64,000 bases of DNA from Thermodiscus sp. (GCA_015523485.1 WAKH01000004.1:1667-65666); one strand, 5' to 3'. Counted from the first letter of the stretch, positions 47,904-57,651 are shown. The notes: generated from the sequence alone by a model not told the origin. Program-made: numbers and translations.

Positions 47904-48948
47904 TAATCCTATACCTCCACTGAGTACAAAGGCGGGCCGCCTTACCCTGTATACTCTTAGCGAGCACATCGGCTATATTAGAGGGGTCTCCGGCCCCCGG
48001 GGATAGATGCACCATTGCCACTTGTCTATGACCGCCCCCTTCTCCTCCAAGCTTCTCAGCAATATACCTTGCCAGCACATCGGCGTAAACTCCGCTGTCT
48101 GCAGCCCTCCGAGACACGCGGACAGAGATCCTCTTCGCTGAGCCGCTACCACCTACTACTACCGCAATATCAGCGCCCATCTCGAGAAGCGCCCTGGCCG
48201 CGCTAGACTCATAGCTACCCACGTGAGTTACAACTAATACAATATCCTGGCATACCCTGGAGACGCGTGCCCTCGAAGCCGCCTTGACACGTGCATAACG
48301 CTCGGGGAACTCTACCTCCTCCACCTGCACCTCTACTATCTGGCCTCCATGTGAGACGTAGTATGCCGCTGCCTCGAATGTATAGTCGCCGAGTATCCTG
48401 AATCTCCTAGTATCGTATACTATCCCGGTTAGTCCAGCGGAGGCCTCTGCTGGATCCAGGGATACATTTAGTTCTCCAGCGATAACACCCACTATCTCTG
48501 AAGTAGAGGCTGCCTGTCTATCAACAATTACTACTCTGGCTAGGTCCATCAGTCTCCCTGGCTCGTGGTGATCTATTAGGATAACAGTCCTACCAGTTAG
48601 CTTCCCGCCCAGCTCTCCGAGCTGTGATGGATTCGAGGAATCAACCACGATTACCGGAGTATCTCCCTCTACGTCGTGGCAAATCTCAAGCCCTATGCCC
48701 AGGCTGTCCAGAATCTCCCTGGAGATCCTGGAGGGACCCTCCGGGACGTAGTGACACGCCTTTACCCCATATTCCCTTAGGATCCTCCCAACGACTATGA
48801 GGGAACCGATCGCGTCGGGGTCAGCATTAGAATGGGTAGCTATAATCGCGCTATCAATGCTTCTTATCGAGTCTACTAGAGTCTTTGCCCATAGCCTTCT
48901 TAATCTCCGACTCGAATGTCTTCTCCGCCACTGCGATTGCAGCTTCAA
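47896..48948 (-). CDS. DHH/DHHA1-family phosphoesterase (NrnA/RecJ-like)
   Basis: Motif I HSNADPDAIGS, motif III ILIDHH, and DHHA1 GGEGGGHRQVA. The only in-frame start is TTG at 48948, giving a 95-nt overlap with the upstream ORF, so the true start is uncertain. Confidence 0.75.
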   Translation of the reverse strand: MKLQSQWRRRHSSRRLRRLWAKTLVDSIRSIDSAIIATHSNADPDAIGSLIVVGRILREYGVKACHYVPEGPSRISREILDSLGIGLEICHDVEGDTPVIVVDSSNPSQLGELGGKLTGRTVILIDHHEPGRLMDLARVVIVDRQAASTSEIVGVIAGELNVSLDPAEASAGLTGIVYDTRRFRILGDYTFEAAAYYVSHGGQIVEVQVEEVEFPERYARVKAASRARVSRVCQDIVLVVTHVGSYESSAARALLEMGADIAVVVGGSGSAKRISVRVSRRAADSGVYADVLARYIAEKLGGEGGGHRQVAMVHLSPGAGDPSNIADVLAKSIQGKAARLCTQWRYRING

Positions 48949-49171
48949 TCACCTCGTTCAATATAGTCTTATCCGCCCGGGGCCGTGTGATCGAAACATC
49001 CACTACGAGTCTGACGAGGCCGTCCTCATCGTAGATCGTTGATAATTGGATGTTGTAGTGGAGGGCTCTCAGCCCCAAGGCTTGCTCGATCACCCTACGA
49101 GCGGCTTCTTCAGCTCTCTCCAGGGCTCTCTCGATTATAGCCTCATCCAGCTCCTCCAACAGGTGCTCCAC
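48854..49171 (-). CDS. Small conserved hypothetical protein (DUF3194-like, by memory of superoperon context)
   Basis: 105-aa acidic helical/beta ORF between prefoldin beta and the DHH gene. GTG start. It overlaps both neighbours. Confidence 0.4.
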   Translation of the reverse strand: MEHLLEELDEAIIERALERAEEAARRVIEQALGLRALHYNIQLSTIYDEDGLVRLVVDVSITRPRADKTILNEVIEAAIAVAEKTFESEIKKAMGKDSSRLDKKH

Positions 49172-49538
49172 CAGATCCTCCTAGCATCTGAGTCAGCTCT
49201 TTACCAAGCCTCTCTACTTCCTTCTGTAGGCTTTCCTCCTGTTTCTTTAGGGCTAGGAGCTTTAACTCTAGGTTTTCCTTCCTCGACTCCAGCTCCTTCA
49301 TCAGCGAGTCTTTCTCAGTCTTTATGAGGACGAAGCCCTTCATCCTGTAGAGCTCTGCGTCGTCACCCACATTCTTCAGCTCCTCTATGAGCTTCTCTAC
49401 ATCTGCTAGGGACGCTTCCAACAATGCCTTCTCCTGTGTAACCCTGGCTAGGAGTTCTCGTGCCTGGAGGAACTTCCTATACTTCGCTTCAACCTGAGGT
49501 GGTATTCTCTCGATCGCACCCACTTCCCTGGTCACCAC
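49143..49538 (-). CDS. pfdB: Prefoldin beta subunit
   Basis: Coiled coil, beta hairpin (YRMKGFVLIKTEKD), coiled coil architecture. Superoperon position. GTG start. Confidence 0.85.
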   Translation of the reverse strand: MVTREVGAIERIPPQVEAKYRKFLQARELLARVTQEKALLEASLADVEKLIEELKNVGDDAELYRMKGFVLIKTEKDSLMKELESRKENLELKLLALKKQEESLQKEVERLGKELTQMLGGSGGAPVGGAG

Positions 49539-49557
49539 TAGACGGACTGATTCACAG

Positions 49558-49568
49558 CTTATTAAAAG
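49558..49568 (-). promoter_or_regulatory. Candidate TATA box (CTTTTAATAAG on minus strand) for pfdB
   Basis: Lies 20-30 nt upstream of the GTG start at 49538, consistent with a leaderless transcript. Confidence 0.4.
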
Positions 49569-49587
49569 CGCAATGCAGTAGGATCCG

Positions 49588-49821
49588 CTACTCTGAATAC
49601 TTTATTGCGCTATAGGCTGAGTGTGCTAGGAGGAGGAACGAATTTGTGAGGGCCCTCAGGCCCGAGGGAGAGTCGGACTCCACAATAATCACTACGCAGT
49701 CATCCTCTAATCTCAACTCGACCCTACCCTTGTCGGGTCCCTTCGACTTAACCTCGGCTTGGAGGGAATTGTAGACGTGGATGGAGTCACTACCCAGGCA
49801 GAGCTTATACTCTCCTCTCAA
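49588..49821 (-). CDS. pcc1: KEOPS complex subunit Pcc1
   Basis: 77 aa. VYNSLQAEV...VELRLEDDCVVIIVESDSPSGLRALTNSFLLLAHSAYSAI matches the Pcc1/CTAG pattern (A.D...LRA..NS.L). Classic position next to prefoldin beta and Brix. Confidence 0.7.
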   Translation of the reverse strand: MRGEYKLCLGSDSIHVYNSLQAEVKSKGPDKGRVELRLEDDCVVIIVESDSPSGLRALTNSFLLLAHSAYSAIKYSE

Positions 49822-49827
49822 CGGGTC

Positions 49828-50367
49828 CTACCCCTTAATCATCGACTGGGGTTTCGCCAACCTAAGCCTCGGGCCAACCAGCTTCTCCCTGAACATAAAT
49901 TCGACCCGCACCCTGTCATCCGATTCAGCATTTATGACAGCCAAAATATCCCTGTTCCCAGGCTTCTCGAATACTCTTGCCTCGAAGGCTTTAATGAAGG
50001 CGTCGGCGAACTCGTCGGCTATCGGTGTGCCATCTGTTTCGACCACCATGCCCTCGGGGTTCTCGGAGGGGAGGGGTCGTCTAACTTCCCTGGATAGAGC
50101 GACTCCCCTCACTATGAAAGTAACAATATTGCTTAGATCGTCATCTTTTACCTCGTAGACCCTAATTATGCTGGGATTGCCCCGCTTCCCGCCTACAACG
50201 ACCACCCGGTTTGCGCCTCTGAGCATCGCCTCGGAGGCTAGTTCTCGCATGGAGTAGTGTCCGCGTGTAAACTTCTCTGCGCCTGGAAGGATTGCTACGA
50301 GGTCCTTTACCAGAGATCTAATACGTGGGGTAGGACGACGGCTGGAGGTTATGAGAAATTTTGGCAT
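49828..50367 (-). CDS. Brix-domain (Imp4/Mil-like) ribosome biogenesis protein
   Basis: MPKFLITSSRRPTPRIRSLVKDLVAILPGAEKFTRGHYSMRELA. Confidence 0.85.
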   Translation of the reverse strand: MPKFLITSSRRPTPRIRSLVKDLVAILPGAEKFTRGHYSMRELASEAMLRGANRVVVVGGKRGNPSIIRVYEVKDDDLSNIVTFIVRGVALSREVRRPLPSENPEGMVVETDGTPIADEFADAFIKAFEARVFEKPGNRDILAVINAESDDRVRVEFMFREKLVGPRLRLAKPQSMIKG

Positions 50368-50377
50368 TCCTCCATCA

Positions 50378-50650
50378 CTACTGTTTTATGATGTACTTCT
50401 TGAAGTAGGGTGCTAGGCCTGATCTCGGCGTGTAGGCGGCTCCAGCCCATACGTTTCCACACTTTCTGCAGGCCCAGATACCTACTGAGATCCTGTATAC
50501 GGTTCCCACTCTTCCACAGAATGGGCATGTGTGTGGCGCTTTCTTCCTCACTAGAATGTCTCTTACCCTCTTCCTAACACTCACACCATACCTTGGCCCA
50601 AACGATCCCGCTGGTCCGACGATCTTTGTTCTCCTCGCCATTCCACGCAC
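50378..50650 (-). CDS. rpl37ae: 50S ribosomal protein L37Ae (eL43)
   Basis: GSFGPRYGVSVRKRV...HTCPFCG...WACRKCG zinc ribbon. Confidence 0.93.
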   Translation of the reverse strand: MRGMARRTKIVGPAGSFGPRYGVSVRKRVRDILVRKKAPHTCPFCGRVGTVYRISVGIWACRKCGNVWAGAAYTPRSGLAPYFKKYIIKQ

Positions 50651-50657
50651 CTCCCTG

Positions 50658-51515
50658 TTAGCCTATTTTCACCGGCAACCGTTCACCCAATGCCTCCTCA
50701 AGGGATTTAAAGTATACACGGGCCGCTTTGCTCCCTATGTCAATCGCTTTCAGGATCTCCTCCCTCGTCATAGAACCGGCTCCGGACTTCTGTATCCCGA
50801 CAACGTTACCTTCATGGTCGTATGCCACGATTAGCTTAGTGTCAGCCACAGTCTCCTCGTCGAGGTTGGGGTCTACTATTAGGTAGTCCCCTATCTTTGC
50901 TATATTCACGGTTGTCACGATCTTGTTTATCTGTAGCGGGGTCTTCTTCTCCTCCTTCAACCTTATCTCGCCAGTCTCAAGCTCCTCATAGTCCGGGAGC
51001 CTCGTGTCGATCAACGCTGCCATGGTTGCTAGCATGCTTGCGTCGAAGAGGTTCCCATCATAGTTCAACACGTATATGTCGACGTGTACGACCCAGACTT
51101 TCTGACCGGGTATGATTACTAGGCTCTTTCTATCAACTGCATTGCTCTCTCTCAGGCTTCTATCAATGACCCTGGCCAGCTCGATAGCGTTCTCGTCGGG
51201 AGGTCCTGGCTCGAACATTGGAGAGGCTATGGGCACGAACTCTGCGTTTACAGCGATTACACCCTCATCAGGTGTATCCTTGAAGGGTGTTCCCACATCC
51301 ACCTTTACACCTACTAGGACCTGCGTCTTACCCAGCTGTACCTGTGCCGAGCCCTCGGCCCTCTCTACCACGCCTGCCTCAATCTTGATTAGTCTGGGCG
51401 TGTATAGGTCCCTCTCCTCGATCCTCAAGCCCTTTGCGATTAGAGACAGGATTGTAGACTTCCTCAACTCTGGAACTATGGGTACCCTGAAAGGCGTTAG
51501 ACTCACTTCTCTCAC
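50658..51515 (-). CDS. rrp42: Exosome complex component Rrp42 (RNase PH-like, non-catalytic)
   Basis: RNase PH fold with [17 protein letters not shown]. Follows rrp41. Confidence 0.9.
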   Translation of the reverse strand: MREVSLTPFRVPIVPELRKSTILSLIAKGLRIEERDLYTPRLIKIEAGVVERAEGSAQVQLGKTQVLVGVKVDVGTPFKDTPDEGVIAVNAEFVPIASPMFEPGPPDENAIELARVIDRSLRESNAVDRKSLVIIPGQKVWVVHVDIYVLNYDGNLFDASMLATMAALIDTRLPDYEELETGEIRLKEEKKTPLQINKIVTTVNIAKIGDYLIVDPNLDEETVADTKLIVAYDHEGNVVGIQKSGAGSMTREEILKAIDIGSKAARVYFKSLEEALGERLPVKIG

Positions 51516-52246
51516 ACCTCCTCCGTAGTCACATACTCCTCCACAAGGGTCTGTTTCTCGAGTTCGACCAGCTTCTTTATCGCTTCGAGGGCCATGTCGA
51601 GACCCTTCTCCACCTCTTCCTTTGTAAGTACTCCGTTCAGCTGGAACAGGGTGATTTTCCCTATGTCTGGTGCAGCAGCCACGGGCATATCAGCCTCTCC
51701 AACTCCGTCCTCCACTTCGTCGACGTCCAATACTAGTACTCCCTCTATCTTCCCCACTGCTATGCCAGCGACGAGGGCCTTCATGGGTATACCAGCGTTT
51801 GCGAGGGCTAGAGAGGCCGCAGTAACGGCGGCTGTCCTGGTTCCGCCGTCAGCCTGTAGGACTTCTATGAATATGTCGATCGCAGTCCTAGGGAAGTATT
51901 TAACCAGGATTATGTCCTCGAAGGCTTCTCTGATAACCTTTGATAACTCTATCTCCCTCCTGGAAGGTGCAGGGCTCTTCCTCTCAGCTGTTGAGAACGG
52001 GGCCATATGATACCTTACTCGGAGCAAAGCCCTGTCCGGTAGAATCATGAACCTCTGCACGGGCTCCCTAGGCCCGTATACTGCTGCGAGAACCCTTGTT
52101 CTACCGAACTCTACGAGAGCAGAGCCATCGGCGTTATCCAGTACATTTATTCTCATACTGACTGGACGCATCTCCTCGGGCAGGCGGCCGTCGTGCCGCC
52201 TCCCGAACTCGTCTATCAGCTTCACGTCCGTTGCCTTTGCCATCAC
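51512..52246 (-). CDS. rrp41: Exosome complex exonuclease Rrp41 (RNase PH-like, catalytic)
   Basis: [13 protein letters not shown]...[21 protein letters not shown]...[24 protein letters not shown]. Confidence 0.92.
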   Translation of the reverse strand: MMAKATDVKLIDEFGRRHDGRLPEEMRPVSMRINVLDNADGSALVEFGRTRVLAAVYGPREPVQRFMILPDRALLRVRYHMAPFSTAERKSPAPSRREIELSKVIREAFEDIILVKYFPRTAIDIFIEVLQADGGTRTAAVTAASLALANAGIPMKALVAGIAVGKIEGVLVLDVDEVEDGVGEADMPVAAAPDIGKITLFQLNGVLTKEEVEKGLDMALEAIKKLVELEKQTLVEEYVTTEEV

Positions 52247-52944
52247 TCAACACCCTTTACTTTCTTCAACTCTTGAATGTACTCCTGCACTCTGGCAGTC
52301 AACCCCACTGTATGAGCCTCACGCTCGATCATTTTAATAGCAAGCACTAGTATCGACTCCCTCTCGGAGTCTGCACACTTAATATGTATCCTTCCATTCA
52401 CCGCCGCGAATATATCGCATCCAAGCTCCTCTTGCAACATTGAAATCATACTCCTCTTCTTCCCAATAACCCTCGGGATCTTAGCCGCCTGGATCTCTAC
52501 AATCTTACCCTCTGTTATCTTACCCAAACCCTTATCCTGGACTGTAAGTATGGGGCTCCTGGACCTATCGAATGCAACAACCTTAGCCTTAACATAGTCT
52601 CCAATATTGAGATACTGTGATAGATCATCTGTCAACGGATTGTATGGACGGCCTAAGAAGTCCTGGGCGTTCAACACCGCCACATAGGGGGAGTTGATAT
52701 CCACCTGCCAGTTCATTACACCTATCGACTGTATCATACCTATCACTACATCGCCTGGCTTCGGAACATAGACCGTCTGTAGAGGTATGAAGCTCGGCTT
52801 CTCACCGTGGAGATCCAACACTCCCATAACAGTTGCTACACGCGCCCCTTCCACTTCCACAACGTAGGGCTCCTTCAGCTCTACCTCATCCGGGAGTCGT
52901 TCTCCCGGGACCACGAGCTTCCTAGTCTTAGCCTCTTCCGACAC
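52243..52944 (-). CDS. rrp4: Exosome complex RNA-binding protein Rrp4 (S1 plus KH)
   Basis: KLVVPGERL..., S1 region [25 protein letters not shown] region [15 protein letters not shown]. Confidence 0.9.
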   Translation of the reverse strand: MSEEAKTRKLVVPGERLPDEVELKEPYVVEVEGARVATVMGVLDLHGEKPSFIPLQTVYVPKPGDVVIGMIQSIGVMNWQVDINSPYVAVLNAQDFLGRPYNPLTDDLSQYLNIGDYVKAKVVAFDRSRSPILTVQDKGLGKITEGKIVEIQAAKIPRVIGKKRSMISMLQEELGCDIFAAVNGRIHIKCADSERESILVLAIKMIEREAHTVGLTARVQEYIQELKKVKGVE

Positions 52945-53648
52945 TACTTCACCACCTTCACATCTACCCTTGCCTGGCCCTTGGTGAGGCCCTGGATCCT
53001 CGAGACGACCTCGACCTGCGATCCTGCCGGTATCTCTATCTCGGCGACTAGGGTTCCGTCGTGCCTCCAGTCGGATTTAAGTAGATTGCCTAGCCGTGCG
53101 AGCTCCCTATACAGTCTACCCGCGAATTGAGGGGGGATCTCGACGCGGACAAGAGCCTTAGCAAGCTTAATCGGCATAAGAGTCGCTATCTTACGCACGG
53201 CCTCAATCGCCTGAGTCTCAGCGTCTTTGAATGGATCTACACCTATCCTTAACTGCTCGAAGGCTGTTTCAATCCTTGTCTCAGGTATGGGTCTGCCCGT
53301 CTTGGGATCTATCGCGTTCCTAGCGATATACATTATTATCTGCCTCTTCTTCGCCTCAATCAGCTTTCTCCTCTGCTCCTCCGTTAACTGAATGTGGCCC
53401 TCCTTCAAGATCCTCTCAGCAATTTTACGAGGATCATCCGTGCCGAAGGCGCTCTTAACCTCCGAGGGGCTAGCCTTCAACCCCTTCTTCGAATCCCTAT
53501 AGATCGTATCAGTCCATAGAATATCGTCTATGTCGACCTGTTCACCCTCCTTGTACTTGAAGGCTGGATCAGGCCTAACTAGTATCTCGAACCTCTTACC
53601 CCTCAACTCTATCCAAGCGATAACATAGTCGGGCTTCTTTCCAGGCAT
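52944..53648 (-). CDS. sdo1: SBDS-family ribosome maturation protein (Sdo1)
   Basis: VIAWIELRGKRFEILVRPDPAFKYKEG...AFGTDDPRKIAERILKEGHIQLT. Confidence 0.9.
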   Translation of the reverse strand: MPGKKPDYVIAWIELRGKRFEILVRPDPAFKYKEGEQVDIDDILWTDTIYRDSKKGLKASPSEVKSAFGTDDPRKIAERILKEGHIQLTEEQRRKLIEAKKRQIIMYIARNAIDPKTGRPIPETRIETAFEQLRIGVDPFKDAETQAIEAVRKIATLMPIKLAKALVRVEIPPQFAGRLYRELARLGNLLKSDWRHDGTLVAEIEIPAGSQVEVVSRIQGLTKGQARVDVKVVK

Positions 53649-53711
53649 AATAGCTCCCCCAGAATATCCAGTGGGTACTAGAGAGGTAAAAACTAGAGGC
53701 TATCGCGAGGA

Positions 53712-54488
53712 CTACTTTTTGAGGAGTCTGTCCTTTAACGCGTCAATCCTCTCCCTTAACTCCTCACTTGTCATCTTCTTGAATATCCTCTCGTCAACCT
53801 TTACATAGCCGATCTCGACGAGGGTATGGTACTCGTTGAATAGCTCCTCTGCGTTAACCTTCTCACCAGCCGCTTCGAGCTTACTCCGGAATATAGCCTC
53901 TAGCACCAAGTCTACTATCTCGTCGAACTCCATGTCACGCCTATACTTTTCTTCGAGGAATGAGCTTACGAAGGACTCGCCGGCTCCAATGGCTACCGCG
54001 TAATAGTTGAAGTACTGTCCTCCAGGGTCCGTCTTTATCAGGCGGACCTTACCCTCCGGGTTCACGCCTCCGAATATGAGGGAGACTCCGAATGGTCTAA
54101 CTCCGCCGTGCTGGGTGTAGAGTTGTTTGATGTCCGATATCGTCTTAGCTACATAGTCGACAGTGGGCGGGTCACCGTAGAGGAGTCTGTGTCTAACCGC
54201 TATCAGCCTAGCTTGATCTATCAGGATGCGGCCGTCGCTTCCCATACCAGCGAAGGCAACGCCTATGTGCTCATCAACCTTGTATATCTTCTCGATGCTC
54301 TCGAGGTCGAGGAGCTTCGTCAGCTTCCTCTTCTCCGCGGCTAAAACAACCGCATCTTTGCCCCTAATTCCAACACTTGTCCAACCCTTCCTTACAGCCT
54401 CGAACGCATACCTTACTTGGTAGAGATCTCCTTCCGGCGAGAATATTATTGCAGCCCTATCATAGGCCGTTTGGGGTAGCATTGCCAT
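53712..54488 (-). CDS. psmA: Proteasome alpha subunit
   Basis: YDRAAIIFSPEGDLYQVRYAFEAVRKGWTSVGI. Confidence 0.93.
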   Translation of the reverse strand: MAMLPQTAYDRAAIIFSPEGDLYQVRYAFEAVRKGWTSVGIRGKDAVVLAAEKRKLTKLLDLESIEKIYKVDEHIGVAFAGMGSDGRILIDQARLIAVRHRLLYGDPPTVDYVAKTISDIKQLYTQHGGVRPFGVSLIFGGVNPEGKVRLIKTDPGGQYFNYYAVAIGAGESFVSSFLEEKYRRDMEFDEIVDLVLEAIFRSKLEAAGEKVNAEELFNEYHTLVEIGYVKVDERIFKKMTSEELRERIDALKDRLLKK

Positions 54489-54571
54489 CGTACTTACACC
54501 CTCTTTTCTCCAAGACCTCCTGGTTGGGATCAGAGCTTTAAATAATACAGTTAGAGACCGCTATTCAAAAC

Positions 54572-54635
54572 GGGCCGATGATGAAGAGACCGACCAGTGA
54601 TCGGGGTGATCGAAGCTTCTCTCCACTGAGGAGGG
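54572..54635 (+). ncRNA. Candidate C/D-box sRNA (2'-O-methylation guide)
   Basis: C box AUGAUGA at 54578-54584. 12-nt spacer AGAGACCGACCA at 54585-54596. D'-like GUGA at 54597-54600. 5-nt linker. C'-like GUGAUCG at 54606-54612. 13-nt spacer AAGCUUCUCUCCA at 54613-54625. D box CUGA at 54626-54629. The C-to-D span of 52 nt is typical of archaeal sRNAs. D' and C' are degenerate and no clear terminal stem is seen. Confidence 0.45.
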
Positions 54636-54643
54636 CGTAGGAT

Positions 54644-55129
54644 ATGGATACAGCTGGTATAGCGGCACTAATAATAGCGGTCGCAGCGTTACTGACATCA
54701 ATATATGCATTATTCACTATAATGAGGATTAAACGTAGATTTTCCTACCTATTATCAGCAATATCGGTTAACTCGAAGATAATTGAGAGCATTAGGGAAA
54801 CCGCGAAGAAACCTAGGAAGAGGTACATAGTCTTCGAAGTCCAGTCAGGAAAGAATCATAGCGAAAAGGAAGTAGCGAAGGCTATTATCGACGAGGCAAG
54901 GGAAGTGCTCGGGCAAACGGGTCTTGTCGACTCCGGAATTCACCTCGTGATATACGATGTCGATAGAAGGATTGGGGTGCTCCGGGTTAAGAACACGTAC
55001 AAGTACCAGGCTCTAGCAATTCTCGGCATGGTTAGAAGTATTGGAGATGAGAGAGTAAGGTTGATTCCTCTCTATACAAGTGGTACGCTAAAGAAGGCCC
55101 TAAAGAGGGCAGGAGTCCGTAAGAAATAA
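54644..55129 (+). CDS. rnp2: RNase P protein component 2 (Pop5/Rpp14 homologue)
   Basis: RKRYIVFEV...IGVLRVKNTYKYQALAILGMV...RLIPLYTSGTLKKA is the Pop5 fold signature. The first 26 codons encode a hydrophobic helix. The ATG at 54722 (135 aa) is a likely true start. Confidence 0.8.
   Translation: MDTAGIAALIIAVAALLTSIYALFTIMRIKRRFSYLLSAISVNSKIIESIRETAKKPRKRYIVFEVQSGKNHSEKEVAKAIIDEAREVLGQTGLVDSGIHLVIYDVDRRIGVLRVKNTYKYQALAILGMVRSIGDERVRLIPLYTSGTLKKALKRAGVRKK
54696..54705 (+). promoter_or_regulatory. Candidate TATA element (CAATATATGC) upstream of the internal pop5 ATG
   Basis: Lies ~20-26 nt upstream of the ATG at 54722. It would give a leaderless 135-aa Pop5. Confidence 0.3.
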
Positions 55130-55139
55130 TTCTCGATTA

Positions 55140-56363
55140 CTATTTCGCCGCTGCAACAATCTTTACAACGTCGTTATCTTGCAGAATATATGATTCTCCT
55201 ATCCTCTGCTTTGTTCTCGCGTTTATGGCGTAGAGGAATGTTTTACCCAAGTCTGTGTGTATCATGTATGCGAGCTCTCTGACGGTTGTCCCCCTCGGCA
55301 CGAGTAGCGCGTCTGGGAGCACTCTGCCTTCCTTGTCCGTGTACTTGTTTGGATCCTCTACTGGGTAAACGACTATGTGGTCTAGTACTTCGAATACCGC
55401 CTTATTGATTGCAGCCTGTACGCCGGTGGACCCCCATTTCTCCAGAACTCTGTCAACTATGGCTAGGAGTCTTCTGGTTTTCTCATCGATAGCCTTCTCG
55501 TTGACTATAGTGTATGACTTGTCTCCCGGTAGGTACTTTATTGCTCCTGCCTTGGAGAGCTTCCTCAGTAGAAGCTCAGCCGCAGCACTAGTTGGAACCA
55601 CCGGGTACTCTGGGTACTCCTGGCGTAGCCTTTCCACGTTCTCCTCGGCGATAGGGATATCGATCTTGTTGGCCACGATCACGACTGGTTTCGCTATCCT
55701 CCTGAGAGTCTTCATGAATGTTCTGAGTTCATCGGTTGTCCAGCTAGACAGCTTCTTATCCATTAATCCCGTCTTCTCTAGTGCTTCTATCACGTGAGGC
55801 TTGCGTATGCTTAGACCCGATAGCCTCTGTGCTATGGCTCCGGGAACATCTAGGGTACCACTCGTATCCACTGTTCTAGCGAACTTGCTCCAGTCCCTCG
55901 CAACGATAGAATACATCCATTCGTCTATCTCGTTTAGTATCTCTTTAACCTCCTCTACCGGATCATAGGAGCCCGGCTTTACAGGGACCCCTTCTGGATC
56001 CGTACTGCCACTTGCGTCGACTACTAGGAGCATGACGTCTGCCTGCCTAACATCATCTAGGAATCTGTTTCCAAGCCCCCTACCTTTATGGGCTCCTGGT
56101 ACGAGGCCAGCGACATCCATCATCCTAACTGGGATAAACCTCTCCCCGTGAATGCATAGACTATTGCTGGCGTCGCATTTCGGGAGACCCAGGGAGACAT
56201 GAGCGCAAGTCTTCCTGACATATGATACTCCCACGTTAGCCTCTATCGTGACGAACGGCCTATTCGCGATCTCTACAACAGCCTCTGTCGCCGCGGCGAA
56301 GAACGTCGACTTTCCAACATTCGTCTTTCCAACCACTCCTAAGAGTATACGGGAAGCCTCCAC
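55140..56363 (-). CDS. OBG/YchF-DRG-type GTP-binding protein with C-terminal TGS domain
   Basis: G1 [15 protein letters not shown]3 [10 protein letters not shown]4 VANKID, and a TGS-like tail [10 protein letters not shown]. The track ORF runs to ATG 56426. The GTG at 56363 (preceded by GGAGG) gives a family-typical short N-terminus. Confidence 0.85.
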   Translation of the reverse strand: MEASRILLGVVGKTNVGKSTFFAAATEAVVEIANRPFVTIEANVGVSYVRKTCAHVSLGLPKCDASNSLCIHGERFIPVRMMDVAGLVPGAHKGRGLGNRFLDDVRQADVMLLVVDASGSTDPEGVPVKPGSYDPVEEVKEILNEIDEWMYSIVARDWSKFARTVDTSGTLDVPGAIAQRLSGLSIRKPHVIEALEKTGLMDKKLSSWTTDELRTFMKTLRRIAKPVVIVANKIDIPIAEENVERLRQEYPEYPVVPTSAAAELLLRKLSKAGAIKYLPGDKSYTIVNEKAIDEKTRRLLAIVDRVLEKWGSTGVQAAINKAVFEVLDHIVVYPVEDPNKYTDKEGRVLPDALLVPRGTTVRELAYMIHTDLGKTFLYAINARTKQRIGESYILQDNDVVKIVAAAK

Positions 56364-56472
56364 GACACCTAGCCCTCCAAAACCCCACCAGGTGGGCGGG
56401 GGACAGTTTAAAATCCTCAGAAACACCTCTACCTACCGCCTGGATGTATGCGGTAAGGCAGGGGTGCAATGG

Positions 56473-57150
56473 ATGGCGAAGTCAATGTATCACTACATCG
56501 CCGAGGCTTGGAGGAGGCCATATGACGGCGAACACGGAGAGCTAATGAAGCTAAGGCTAATCGAATGGAGGAAGCAGCCAGCCATACTCAGGGTAGACAA
56601 GCCGACTCGCCTAGACAGGGCAAGGTCTCTCGGCTACAAGGCGAAGCAGGGAGTGATAGTTGTACGTGTGAGGGTCAGGAAAGGAGGCAGGAGGAAGCCT
56701 AGGCCAAACAAGGGCCGCAGGCCCAAGAGAATGGGTGTATATGGATTCGCACCGGCTAAGAGCATCAGACTCATCGCTGAAGAGAGAGCTCAGAGGAAGT
56801 ACCCCAACATGATAGTATTGAACAGCTACTATGTAGGCGAAGACGGGCTCTACAAGTGGTATGAAGTCATACTAGTAGACCCGAACCATCCAGCGATAAT
56901 GTCCGATCCAGAACTCTCATGGGTCTCCTCAGGGAAACATAAGGGTAGACCATTCAGGGGATTGACCAGTGCAGGCAAGAAGATGAGGGGACTACGCAAG
57001 AGCAGGGGACTCAAGGGAACACACAAGTACAAGTGGAAGAAGAAGCAGAAGGAGCGCAAGCTGAAGAAGAGGCACGAGGCAAGCGGCAGGGCGAGGCTGA
57101 TAGAGCCCGACGAGATAAGGGCGAAGTACCACAAGGGAGACCTACAGTAA
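56473..57150 (+). CDS. rpl15e: 50S ribosomal protein L15e (eL15)
   Basis: [16 protein letters not shown]...[36 protein letters not shown]. The ATG at 56473 is residue 76 of the track ORF; the upstream extension is antisense to the GTPase gene. Confidence 0.93.
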   Translation: MAKSMYHYIAEAWRRPYDGEHGELMKLRLIEWRKQPAILRVDKPTRLDRARSLGYKAKQGVIVVRVRVRKGGRRKPRPNKGRRPKRMGVYGFAPAKSIRLIAEERAQRKYPNMIVLNSYYVGEDGLYKWYEVILVDPNHPAIMSDPELSWVSSGKHKGRPFRGLTSAGKKMRGLRKSRGLKGTHKYKWKKKQKERKLKKRHEASGRARLIEPDEIRAKYHKGDLQ

Positions 57151-57207
57151 ACACCCATAATCCTTACATAACTATCCACCCAGATTATACCCGGGGAGTG
57201 GTCCTTA

Positions 57208-57651
57208 TTGGGCATAAAGTCGCTAGAGCTGAGAGCCTACGTACATGCCACTGAGGAAAGGGAACGCGTCATACAAGCCCTAAAATCGATCCTTGGAGAG
57301 GATCTTTGGGAGCAGGCCGAAGTAACTGAGGAGAGATACGAGGGACACTACGGGAACCCAGTAACCGTGCTGACAGTCAAGATCGACGACGCCGACAAGG
57401 CATCTAAGGCGTTTGAATCAATACTATCCAGGCTCACCCACGGGGACGTCTCCATTCTCCTACACAGCCTGGATGAGAGGGTCGATAAGAACGGGACACT
57501 ATACTTTAGGCTGAGTAAGCAAGACGCGTATCTAGGAAGGCTAATCGTATATGAGGCCGACGACGTGGTCCGAGTATCAATCAGCTTCCAGGGTAGGAGG
57601 AGAAAAGCCCTAGAAGAATATAGGAAGAAGCTGGAGGAAGCAAGAGAGTGA
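57208..57651 (+). CDS. DUF54/COG1325-type RNA-binding protein (predicted exosome-associated subunit)
   Basis: LELRAYVHATEERERV...GNPVTVLTVKI... pattern, and the conserved position between rpl15e and rnp3. Confidence 0.72.
   Translation: MGIKSLELRAYVHATEERERVIQALKSILGEDLWEQAEVTEERYEGHYGNPVTVLTVKIDDADKASKAFESILSRLTHGDVSILLHSLDERVDKNGTLYFRLSKQDAYLGRLIVYEADDVVRVSISFQGRRRKALEEYRKKLEEARE

Noticed and set aside
56248-56472. 75-codon upstream extension of the L15e reading frame.
   Set aside because: The extension is antisense to the GTPase N-terminus and is low-complexity ([14 protein letters not shown]). Family-typical L15e starts at MAKSMYHY, the ATG at 56473.
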